A stretch of 64,000 nt of DNA. Origin: an uncultured archaeon. Its GTDB lineage: Archaea > Thermoproteota > Nitrososphaeria > Nitrososphaerales > Gagatemarchaeaceae. How positions within the stretch are numbered: position 1 is the first letter of the stretch; every line of letters begins with the position of its first letter. Location: positions 288,001 to 352,000 of the forward strand of contig CAWCYD010000002.1 of the NCBI GenBank assembly GCA_963799775.1, given 5' to 3'. The notes below the pieces were generated by a model. The model was not told the origin of the DNA. It ran no database searches and saw only the letters and a list, made by a program, of their open reading frames with translations. Below are positions 10,878-19,076 of this stretch, in pieces. A program made the translations under genes and the position numbers.

Positions 10878-12270
10878 AGGCGTCGGGGTCCTTGTCATAC
10901 TGGTTGTCGGAATATTCATCATCGCGGCCCCAGGCGCCCAGAAATCCTCAAGCTCCTTGTCTTCGTCGAGCTCGCCTAGCTCTTCAAGCTCCTCGGTCTT
11001 GTCAAGTTCGTCCACGCCGCCGAGCTCGTCGTCATCGTCGAGTTCGAGCTCCCTTACCTCTTCTTCATCCAACTCATCCTCCACCCCGAGCTCTTCGTCC
11101 TCAACGTCAAGCTCCTCGTCGTCGAGCACGCCCAGCACGACGACCACTACTTCCAGCTCGTCCAGCTCCTCAAAGTCCTTGACCTCGTCCAGCTCGTCGA
11201 GCAGCTCGACCACGACCTCCGCAAACGGTTACTACTTCCTGGTCTTCACGCAGAAGGGGGTCGCCGAGCTGACATCGACGGACGGGACCGTCCTCGGGTA
11301 CACCCGCCTCTTCAACATCTCTGACAGCGTCCCGGCGCAGGCATACTACTGGGAGGGCTACCCCGTGCAGGGGGCGGGACAGTCCAACATGTTGGTTCCT
11401 CTCAACAACGGGACCGTCGTGGTGGTGAACTCGACCCAGATGAAAGTGACGCAGAGGTTGAGCATGGGGGTAGCTACCGGGTTCATCGGAGTCGCAATAT
11501 CCCCCAACGAGCAGTACGCCGCGATCGCTGACGGACCCTCCGGGTTGGTCGAGGTCTTCAACCTGGCCACGCTCCAAGGGGTCTGGCAGCACCTCTTCGA
11601 TCAGCCCAGCGGCGTGACCGCATTCCCTTGCGACATCAGGTGGTCGCCCGACGGTAGCACCATCGTGATCCCGATGAAGAACAACGGCACGGTGGACGTG
11701 ATCAGCGGGACAACCGGAAGCATTGTGGCTACCGCCTCTCTGCCCATCGCCTCGCAGCCGTTCATGCTCTCGGTCAACGCCCAGGGAAACATGTTGGCTG
11801 TGGAGCTCTCCGGCAACAAGACCGACGTCTTCTACTCCTACCCCAACCTGCAGCCGCTGGGCAGGACGAGTTTCCCAATCTCGACCTTCAGCCCGACCCG
11901 CGGCGTCTTCACTCTTGACGGCAAATACTACCTGGAAGCCTCTAGCTCTACAAACGTCATCGAGGTCGTCTCGACGAGCAACTTCGCCGTTGTGAACACA
12001 ATCAATCTCCCAGCGTCGTCGGCCCCGGGGCTGGCCGATATGGAGATCACCCCTGACGGCTTGAACGCCTACGTTGTGGAACACGGTACCCCGGCCACGG
12101 GCGGGATAGTCTATCTCGTCTCGCTGGCGACCGTCATGACGGCATCAGGGCCGTCGGGCAGCATCCCCCTCACCACCGCCCCGGCTTTCGCGATCCCGAT
12201 TTCGATACAGTTCGGGACTTACCTCGCGGACAACGTACTCCTACCACCTGTTACAGGGTTGCACTGTTAG
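10852..12270 (+). CDS. Membrane-anchored YncE/YVTN-like beta-propeller protein with poly-Ser stalk
   Basis: N-terminal TM; about 90-aa Ser-rich linker; repeated blades ISPNE/WSPDG/FTLDG/ITPDG; ends GLHC. Confidence 0.85.
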   Translation: MNNRNVAVAGVGVLVILVVGIFIIAAPGAQKSSSSLSSSSSPSSSSSSVLSSSSTPPSSSSSSSSSSLTSSSSNSSSTPSSSSSTSSSSSSSTPSTTTTTSSSSSSSKSLTSSSSSSSSTTTSANGYYFLVFTQKGVAELTSTDGTVLGYTRLFNISDSVPAQAYYWEGYPVQGAGQSNMLVPLNNGTVVVVNSTQMKVTQRLSMGVATGFIGVAISPNEQYAAIADGPSGLVEVFNLATLQGVWQHLFDQPSGVTAFPCDIRWSPDGSTIVIPMKNNGTVDVISGTTGSIVATASLPIASQPFMLSVNAQGNMLAVELSGNKTDVFYSYPNLQPLGRTSFPISTFSPTRGVFTLDGKYYLEASSSTNVIEVVSTSNFAVVNTINLPASSAPGLADMEITPDGLNAYVVEHGTPATGGIVYLVSLATVMTASGPSGSIPLTTAPAFAIPISIQFGTYLADNVLLPPVTGLHC

Positions 12271-12430
12271 AGAAGTGCGGAAATGCGGGAACAGGAACCG
12301 CTGAAACGGACTCACCCCACGTTATTTTAGCTCGCAGGGATGAGCGAAAGTGGAGTGTGTATGCGAACCATCAGCCCAAGCGCCTGCGCTCCGCAATGGA
12401 CGGTCATAGTATTATGCAGCCCTACTGGTT

Positions 12431-12542
12431 GATATTCCCTATTGGCATAATGAATAGTTTATTATTATTATTTTATTCATGGCGCTTAAATTGCTCCAAA
12501 AACTGGGAGAATCTGCTTGAACAACAGAAGTGTAGCTGTGGC
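12431..12542 (+). promoter_or_regulatory. AT-rich promoter, copy 2, with ATGAATA-N17-TATTCAT inverted repeat
   Basis: Clear similarity to 10764-10877; inverted repeat arms at 12450-12456 and 12474-12480, just upstream of CTTAAA. Confidence 0.75.
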
Positions 12543-13983
12543 CGCCGCCAGAATCTTGATTATTAATGTCCGCAAGCCCTCCCGTAGGAAGTCGGGCAAG
12601 CCGGGAATCGCGACCTCGATCGCTGCTGGACTCATCCTCGTGATACTTGTCGTCGCTGGAGCTACCGTTCTGTACACCACCACAAGGCCCGCCACCACGG
12701 TGACAGCCACTTCTGTCTCAACTTCCACGGCTACTGCTACTTCAGTATCCACAGCCACGTCAATATCGACGGCTACTTCAGTATCCACAGCCACGTCAAT
12801 ATCGACGGCTACGTCAATATCGACAGCCACTTCGACTGCTACTTCGGTCTCCACAGTCACCGCAACGTCAACGTCGACCGCAACCAGCACGACTACGGTC
12901 ACCGCGAGCACGACCGTGCAGAACAACGGCTATGATTTCCTGGTCTTCTCTCAGAAGGGCTACGCCGAGCTGGCATCACCCGCTCCCACCCTCTCGGGTC
13001 TGGGGAGCCTTGGGTACGCCACCCCATACAGCATCCCTACCAGCAACCCTATCCAGACGGACTACTGGGAGAGGTACCCTGTACAAGGCGCGGGGCAGTC
13101 CAACTTCGTCGTCCCACTCACCAACGGGACGATTGAGGTTGTCAACGGGATGACCCTGAAGGTGGCTGAGAGGCTGAGCGTAGGTACAACCACCGGATTC
13201 GTCGGTGTCTTCATCTCTCCCAACGAGCAGTTGGCAGCGATTGTCGACGGTCCTACGGGCGTCGTGACGGTCGTCAACCTGGTAACGCTAAAGACCGCGT
13301 GGACGCAGACCTTCCTCACCTCGACGGGGGTGACGCAGTACCCGTGCGACATTTACTGGTCGCCCGATAGTGCTAGCCTGGCGGTCCCGATGAGGATGAA
13401 CGGCGCAATAGACGCCATCAATTCGACGACAGGCGTCATTACGGCGACCGCCAACGTTCCCGTCGCCGCTGATCCAGTCATGCTGACCGTCAGTCCCGCG
13501 GGCAACCTGTTGGGCGTCGAGCTAGGCAACAAGACAGACGTCTTCTATTCGTTCCCATCCATGACGTACCTGGCCCACGTTAACTTCCCCATCTCGACCT
13601 TCGTCCCCGTCGAGGGGCTTTTCACCCCGAACCAGGCGTACTTCTTAGAGGTCTCGAGCGCCACGAACGTCGTGGAAGTCATCTCCATGAACAACTTCGC
13701 TATTGTTAACACCATCGACCTCCCTGCCTCGGCATCCCCCGGACTGTCGTCGATCAACATCACTCCGGATGGGAACAACGCGTACGTCGTGATGCACGGG
13801 CACCCGGCCACCGGCGGGATAATCTATCTGTTATCGCTCGCGAACGTCGCCACGGAGACAGGGCCGTCGGGCAGCATAGCGCTCTCCACCTCAATCGGGA
13901 CTGTCATCCCGATAACGTCGCAGTATGCGACCTACCTGGAGGACTACGTGCTCTTGCCTCCAGTCGCGGGTCAACAGGGTTAA
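12517..13983 (+). CDS. Paralogous beta-propeller protein with Thr-rich stalk
   Basis: Shares NGYxFLVFxQKG, YWExYPVQGAGQSN, PCDIxWSPD, HGxPATGGI and YLxDxVLLPPV with the 10852 product. Confidence 0.85.
   Translation: MNNRSVAVAAARILIINVRKPSRRKSGKPGIATSIAAGLILVILVVAGATVLYTTTRPATTVTATSVSTSTATATSVSTATSISTATSVSTATSISTATSISTATSTATSVSTVTATSTSTATSTTTVTASTTVQNNGYDFLVFSQKGYAELASPAPTLSGLGSLGYATPYSIPTSNPIQTDYWERYPVQGAGQSNFVVPLTNGTIEVVNGMTLKVAERLSVGTTTGFVGVFISPNEQLAAIVDGPTGVVTVVNLVTLKTAWTQTFLTSTGVTQYPCDIYWSPDSASLAVPMRMNGAIDAINSTTGVITATANVPVAADPVMLTVSPAGNLLGVELGNKTDVFYSFPSMTYLAHVNFPISTFVPVEGLFTPNQAYFLEVSSATNVVEVISMNNFAIVNTIDLPASASPGLSSINITPDGNNAYVVMHGHPATGGIIYLLSLANVATETGPSGSIALSTSIGTVIPITSQYATYLEDYVLLPPVAGQQG
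12736..12807 (+). repeat. 36-bp exact tandem repeat (2 copies) within TATS(V/I)S hexapeptide array
   Basis: GCTACTTCAGTATCCACAGCCACGTCAATATCGACG x2, with degenerate 18-bp units on both sides. Confidence 0.9.
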
Positions 13984-14002
13984 GAACCGAGGGCGCCTTG
14001 GA

Positions 14003-14914
14003 TTGAAGGCTCTCAATCCACTCCTGTTCGTCCTCCTGTTCTTCGACGCCACCTGTCTCGCCCCGGTCGTCATGACGGGCTTGAGGGTCGTCGACATATG
14101 GTACTCGCCCATTGCGAACACGGGCCAGGCATCATTCCTGTACCCCTTCTTGGAATTCGTCGCTGTCTGCGTCGCGGTCAACGTCCTGGCTTTCCTTGGG
14201 CTGCGGAGGCTGGACTGGGGCCGCTTCATCCCTCTGGACGGGGCGATCGGGATCAGGTCGATGGTCAGAGCGGTGCTCGCAGACAGGATGGGGCGGGCCA
14301 TACTGTCGGTCTTCGTTCCCCTCTACTTCCTCTCGTTCCTAGTGAGCAGCGGCCAGTTGCTGGTCCCGAACTTGAACATAAGCTCCTACTTCCTAGGCTT
14401 GACCCACATTGTCTTCAAGGCCGTCGGCGTCCCACTGATAGGGGCGCTCGCCTTGAACCTCGACGTGATGGCGGTGGGGGTCGCTAACCTCTTCTTCCTC
14501 TCGCTCTCCCTCGTGTTGGGCTATTATGTCGTGACGCTGGTCTACACCTCCCAATCGAGCGCGAGCTTGGGCGTGCCGGGGTCTACGCGCCTGATTGCGA
14601 CCCAGACGGCAGGAGGATTGCTCGCGACCTCGGTCCCTGCGCTCGCGACCTCTGCGGCCATATGTTGCCTCACTCCCACCGGAGTGAACTCGCTACTCTA
14701 CCTGGTCTCCGCCTCTTCTTCTTTCTTGAGCAAGAAGGTGCTCTTCGGCTACGGGACTATCTCGGGCGTCTTCTGGTTGGGGGGACTTTTCCAAGGAGTC
14801 GAGCTGTTCTCGACGGTCATCCTGGGAGTGGCTCTGCTTGGGCTGTCCGTCTACCAAGTCAGGAAACTGTCTAGGACCGTTGCACAGCGGAGGGTCCTGA
14901 CACTGAGCTCCTAG
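14003..14914 (+). CDS. Polytopic membrane protein with vicinal Cys pair
   Basis: About 6 TM segments; SAAICCLTP motif; TTG start 20 nt after the propeller-2 stop. Confidence 0.7.
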   Translation: MKALNPLLFVLLFFDATCLAPVVMTGLRVVDIWYSPIANTGQASFLYPFLEFVAVCVAVNVLAFLGLRRLDWGRFIPLDGAIGIRSMVRAVLADRMGRAILSVFVPLYFLSFLVSSGQLLVPNLNISSYFLGLTHIVFKAVGVPLIGALALNLDVMAVGVANLFFLSLSLVLGYYVVTLVYTSQSSASLGVPGSTRLIATQTAGGLLATSVPALATSAAICCLTPTGVNSLLYLVSASSSFLSKKVLFGYGTISGVFWLGGLFQGVELFSTVILGVALLGLSVYQVRKLSRTVAQRRVLTLSS

Positions 14915-15579
14915 CCTCTTGATTGAGAGGATTGCGTCGAGGCTTCTAGGACCTTCGCCGCGAAGGCCTCTTCGCTCGGTGCGCCGTCGAACTGAAGCCT
15001 GTCATTTATGACCGTCCGGGGCACCCCCACCACGTTGTACCTCTTGGCGAGCTCTGGGAACTCCACCGTATCGACCATGAGGGCGCGTATCATAGGGTTC
15101 TCGAGGGCGAACCGATGCGCGGAACGGACCACGAGAGGCGAGTATGGGCAGAAGGTCGTGACGAAGACCATTATGATTGTCGGCGCGGTAACGCGCCTGA
15201 TTATGCTCCGGGTCTGTTCGTCCATCTGCGTCCCGCCACGAGAAGCATTGATTATGTCCTCCACAAGGCACTTTAGCTGACGTCCCGCGGGCATCCCGAC
15301 GAAGTGCAGCGTCGCCCCGTTGGAAGCGACGATGACAGTCGTGGGCACCAAGTCAACTCCCATCGCCTTCCCCCTTGCTCTCTCTTCGTCGTTGTCTAGG
15401 ACATCGAGTTTGACCTTGTCTGAAATCGACGATACCTCCTCTAGCAGCTTCCTCGTCCGGTCGCAGTACTGGCATCCATCCTTCGAAGTGAAGAGTACGA
15501 CCTTGACATCCCCCTCCAGGCCGGTGCGGAAGATCCGCTCAATCTCGGCTCTGTCCTCCTTCCCGATCAAGGCGGTCAT
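14911..15579 (-). CDS. Protein disulfide oxidoreductase (two thioredoxin folds, AhpF-NTD-like)
   Basis: CQYC and CPYS motifs; FPELAKRYNVVGVPRTVIN..FDGAP. Confidence 0.88.
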   Translation of the reverse strand: MTALIGKEDRAEIERIFRTGLEGDVKVVLFTSKDGCQYCDRTRKLLEEVSSISDKVKLDVLDNDEERARGKAMGVDLVPTTVIVASNGATLHFVGMPAGRQLKCLVEDIINASRGGTQMDEQTRSIIRRVTAPTIIMVFVTTFCPYSPLVVRSAHRFALENPMIRALMVDTVEFPELAKRYNVVGVPRTVINDRLQFDGAPSEEAFAAKVLEASTQSSQSRG

Positions 15580-15635
15580 GGCCTAGCGCCAGCGCGGCCG
15601 CCGCATGATGTGCATATCGAGAGGCTGGGACTAGC

Positions 15636-16316
15636 TCATGCGGTGCGTGCGAGCGCAGCCTTCACCTTGTGGTCTATGTCCGCGATCTTCTCCAAGCGCT
15701 CCACGAACTCCCCCAGCTTCTTCGCGTTCAACGTGACGACTATCTCTGATTCGGGATATCCCGACCTGGTCCTGCTCGCCGTGCATCCAAGGCCTATCAC
15801 CACGTCGCCCTCGTTCGCGAGCGGCAGGCCCTGGCAGGTCGGCTTGACCGTGACCTTGCTGTCGGGAGCGGCTTCCTTGATCAGTGCCGCCTGCTGGGAA
15901 TCGGCGAAGAGAAGCACGACGTCAGGGACGAACGGGACTTCGTCCAGCGGGCCGTACCCGATGTTCCGCTGCGCTTCGAGAGGCAGCGCCGGCAGGCCGA
16001 GGATGTCGCTCTTCCCGATCCAACCCACGCTCGAGAGGAGGTCGATATCAGCCAGCCCGGCGCCTGGGAGCGTGTCCTTCGCGAGCCTGTACCCGTGGGT
16101 GACTGCGCCCACCGAGCAGTGCTGGTGCTGGTCAGGCGTGGTGTAGAACGCGCTGTCAAGGGCCTTGGTCCAGAAGACGCAGCTCGACTCGACGACGTCG
16201 GTCGACCTCTTGAGTTTGGTCACGTCGGGGCTGAATGTCACGGCTACGATAGGCTTTGAAAGGCCCAGGGCGGTCTCAAGCCGCTTTCCAAGGATGTTGT
16301 AATCGGATGTTACCAA
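15636..16316 (-). CDS. DUF169 family protein
   Basis: LGLSKPIVAV, SCVFW, CSVGA, PDVVLL, PTCQ, LGCTASR; TTG start inferred at 16316. Confidence 0.8.
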   Translation of the reverse strand: MVTSDYNILGKRLETALGLSKPIVAVTFSPDVTKLKRSTDVVESSCVFWTKALDSAFYTTPDQHQHCSVGAVTHGYRLAKDTLPGAGLADIDLLSSVGWIGKSDILGLPALPLEAQRNIGYGPLDEVPFVPDVVLLFADSQQAALIKEAAPDSKVTVKPTCQGLPLANEGDVVIGLGCTASRTRSGYPESEIVVTLNAKKLGEFVERLEKIADIDHKVKAALARTA

Positions 16317-16363
16317 TTCACTCGAAACCGGCCTCCGAGCGGGTATTAACCTTGAGGAATTCT

Positions 16364-17044
16364 CTATTCCTGCGCTGTGCCGGGACGGCCCTTGCCTTCC
16401 CCGATTTGTCTGATGTATTCGGTCACGACCAACTTCTCGACTGCCCTCCCCGACCTGAAGGCCTCGGGGTCTGCCCGAATGCGCTCCTCCGATCTTGACG
16501 GCTCGATCCCTCTCTCGGCGCACTTCATCCTCGCGACCTCTAGGGCCGTCGCTTTGTCTAGCGGCGGGAACTCGATGGGGTACAGCCTGTCCTTCAAGGC
16601 GTTGTCCAGAAGCTGGAACTTGTTCGTCGTCATTATCAGTGCTGTCTGGGCCGTGTCGAGGTCGTCGATCTGGTGAAAGAGTATGTTGTTCTGGGCGACG
16701 TGCCAGCTCTCTCCCTTCATCCAGTCTCTGTCCGGGAAGACTGACTCGGCGTCGTCGATGAGGATCAGCGACCTCTTCTTCCTTGCCTCCGCGAACACCT
16801 TGACTATCTGGCGCTCGGACTGGCCGTAGAGCTCTCTCGCGATGACCGATCCGTCGACAAAGAAGAGCGAGAGTTGGAGCTCCTTTGCGAGCACTCGGGC
16901 CATCAGGGTCTTCCCGTTCCCGGGTTCCCCGTAGAAGATGAATCCCTTGATGCCCTTCAGGGTGCGGTTTCCCAGTTGGTGCGAGATGACGTTCCTGGCT
17001 TCCGTGTAGATCCGGTGGAACTTCTCCCCTTTGCAGTTCTTCAA
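16364..17044 (-). CDS. Minimal AAA+ ATPase
   Basis: Walker A GEPGNGKT, pore loop LYGQSE, Walker B LILIDD, TTN sensor, LDNALKDR. Confidence 0.88.
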   Translation of the reverse strand: MKNCKGEKFHRIYTEARNVISHQLGNRTLKGIKGFIFYGEPGNGKTLMARVLAKELQLSLFFVDGSVIARELYGQSERQIVKVFAEARKKRSLILIDDAESVFPDRDWMKGESWHVAQNNILFHQIDDLDTAQTALIMTTNKFQLLDNALKDRLYPIEFPPLDKATALEVARMKCAERGIEPSRSEERIRADPEAFRSGRAVEKLVVTEYIRQIGEGKGRPGTAQE

Positions 17045-17243
17045 TGACTCTGGGATGTCCTTCCATGATGTCTCAAGGCTGTCTCGTCTGGAGCTCGAGT
17101 CTGCTCGCGTTGCGACTACCTCTTTCGGCCGTTCCTCCTTGGCACGTTATAAGCGATGAACGGCCCTCGAGCGGATATTCCCCTCAGTGACATTTTATGA
17201 AGGGCGTTTATTAGCCGGCTTCATCACGCGCCTCATCAAGGTC

Positions 17244-17507
17244 ATGACACTCTCTTCGGAGTCGGAACGTCCGCTGTGGGCGAAGGCAGACTTCTCGGTC
17301 GACGTCACGGGCGAGAGCTGTCCCATACCGGAGCTGACCGCCGCGAAGAAGCTGAAAGAGATGCCAGACGCCAAGGTCCTTGAAGTGCTCACCGACCATC
17401 AGGCGTCAGTGGACGTAACCCTTCCAGACCTCGCAAGAGGCAAGGGATACCCTTTCTACTCGGAGAAGAGCGGCGACCTATATCGAGTCTTCATAGCAAA
17501 GCGGTGA
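17244..17507 (+). CDS. tusA: TusA/YeeD-family sulfur carrier
   Basis: VDVTGESCPIP motif, LEVLTDH. Confidence 0.9.
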   Translation: MTLSSESERPLWAKADFSVDVTGESCPIPELTAAKKLKEMPDAKVLEVLTDHQASVDVTLPDLARGKGYPFYSEKSGDLYRVFIAKR

Positions 17508-17511
17508 GCCG

Positions 17512-18771
17512 ATGCCTGCTCCCACGATGCTGCCCGAGCACGTGCTCCCCTTCGGCTACGTCTTCGTCTATGCGGCCTTCGGCGTAAGCGGCTTCATCTT
17601 GGGGTGGGTGGCACAACGGGGAAACTACTGCTTCGTGAACGCGATGTCCTCCGTGTTCACGACCAGGAGCTACGATAGGTTCGGGGCGCTCCTCATCCTC
17701 TTTGGGGGGTCCGCACTCGCGACGGGGTTGTTGGTAGTCGCGGGCGTGGTCCCTGCTGTCGACCAATACTATGACAACTACTTCTCAGGCTGGTACATCT
17801 TGGTCGGCGCCGTGGTCTTCGGCTTCGGCGCCACGATGGCCGGGGGGTGCAACCTCTCGATGTTGTACAGGGCGGCTAGCGGTTACGTCCAGAACTGGCT
17901 GGAGCTCGTGGGGATGATGGTCGGGACTTACCTCTTCGCCGTGTTGGTGTGGCCGTTCCAGTCGCTCACCATGCAGAACGGGATTCTCTCCACGACAATG
18001 GGCGCCTACAAGGAATATCTCCCGTACGACCTCTTCCACTCCGTCTCGGCGACCACGGTGGGCGTCACGGCCCTGCTGGTCGGGGTGCCCTTGATCGCTG
18101 CGGGGTTCTACCTCCAGTCCAAGACGCGCTCCCGACGATTGCTAGAGACAGCCGGCTCGCCGATATCCGGCCTCCCGATGCCGATGGCGTCCCTCTCCCG
18201 CCAGGCCAGCGTGGGCCCGCTTCCATCCATCGGGTCCCCAACGCCTGGACGCAGCCTCGGTGGGGCCAAGGAGATCCTGCTCCTAAGGCGACCATACGGC
18301 GCCAACCTCTCAACGCTATTGCTCGGCGGGTCGCTACTGCTTGTGTTCGTGGCTGGGGCGGGTTACACGTTCAACTATCTCGTGATCACTTCGTCCGATG
18401 GGGGGAGGTTCCTAGAGTACATTCTGATGCCCTTCGGCGTGAACCTGGCACTGGGCACGCCCTGGTATGACAACGCTCTCCCGATCGTCGACCCAAGCGT
18501 CCTCATGGTGGTGATGCTCATAGTGGGCGCGTTCCTTGCCAGCTACCTGAGCAAGGACTTCAAGGTAAGGATCCCGCGACAGAGGAAGAGGCTCGCCATC
18601 GGGTTCGGCGGCGGCATTCTGGTCGGACTCGGTGTGAGGACCGCTCTCGGCTGCAACGTAGGCCTCATGTGGACCAACTTCGCCCAGCTGGGCTATGACG
18701 GGATGCTCTTCCTTCCGTCGATGCTCTTCGGCGTCTGGATCGCGGTCAAGGTCCAAAGGAGGCTCGTATGA
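17512..18771 (+). CDS. YeeE/YedE (TsuA-like) thiosulfate/sulfur transporter
   Basis: QRGNYCF, GATMAGGC and LGCN conserved cysteines; multiple TM; adjacent to tusA. Confidence 0.92.
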   Translation: MPAPTMLPEHVLPFGYVFVYAAFGVSGFILGWVAQRGNYCFVNAMSSVFTTRSYDRFGALLILFGGSALATGLLVVAGVVPAVDQYYDNYFSGWYILVGAVVFGFGATMAGGCNLSMLYRAASGYVQNWLELVGMMVGTYLFAVLVWPFQSLTMQNGILSTTMGAYKEYLPYDLFHSVSATTVGVTALLVGVPLIAAGFYLQSKTRSRRLLETAGSPISGLPMPMASLSRQASVGPLPSIGSPTPGRSLGGAKEILLLRRPYGANLSTLLLGGSLLLVFVAGAGYTFNYLVITSSDGGRFLEYILMPFGVNLALGTPWYDNALPIVDPSVLMVVMLIVGAFLASYLSKDFKVRIPRQRKRLAIGFGGGILVGLGVRTALGCNVGLMWTNFAQLGYDGMLFLPSMLFGVWIAVKVQRRLV

Positions 18772-19076
18772 CCACTCAAGCGGTTTCCACGAGGGAGAGC
18801 TACCTCCGACTGGTCGCGCCCATCGTGCTGGTGCTCTTCGTGGTGGGGTGGTATCAGTTCTCTCTAGTCTACATTCAAGGGGCGGACAACCAGCTGGTTG
18901 CAGGCGGAAACCTCGGGGTCTACGTCCCTGTCCAGCAGGTCCAGGGCTATCTCGACGCCCTTCTCTACGCGACATACGTCGGCGCCGCCCTGGGCCTTGT
19001 CGTCTTCTTCTACAACCTGGCCAAAGTCCTCGGAACCCGTTCCCGCCGCGGTTTAGCCAAGCACGCTCAGGGCTAA
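18768..19076 (+). CDS. Small two-TM protein coupled to YeeE
   Basis: ATGA overlap with the YeeE stop; two hydrophobic helices. Confidence 0.65.
   Translation: MTTQAVSTRESYLRLVAPIVLVLFVVGWYQFSLVYIQGADNQLVAGGNLGVYVPVQQVQGYLDALLYATYVGAALGLVVFFYNLAKVLGTRSRRGLAKHAQG

Noticed and set aside
12700-12900. Repeats as a possible CRISPR array
   Set aside because: Head-to-tail in-frame coding repeats with no spacers and no cas genes
16317-17066. 476-aa ORF as an AAA-DUF169 fusion
   Set aside because: Its N-terminal part is an off-frame overlap of the AAA gene, which has its own stop at 16364
14911-18771. Selenocysteine recoding in PDO, TusA or YeeE
   Set aside because: No in-frame TGA at the catalytic positions; CPYS uses TCG
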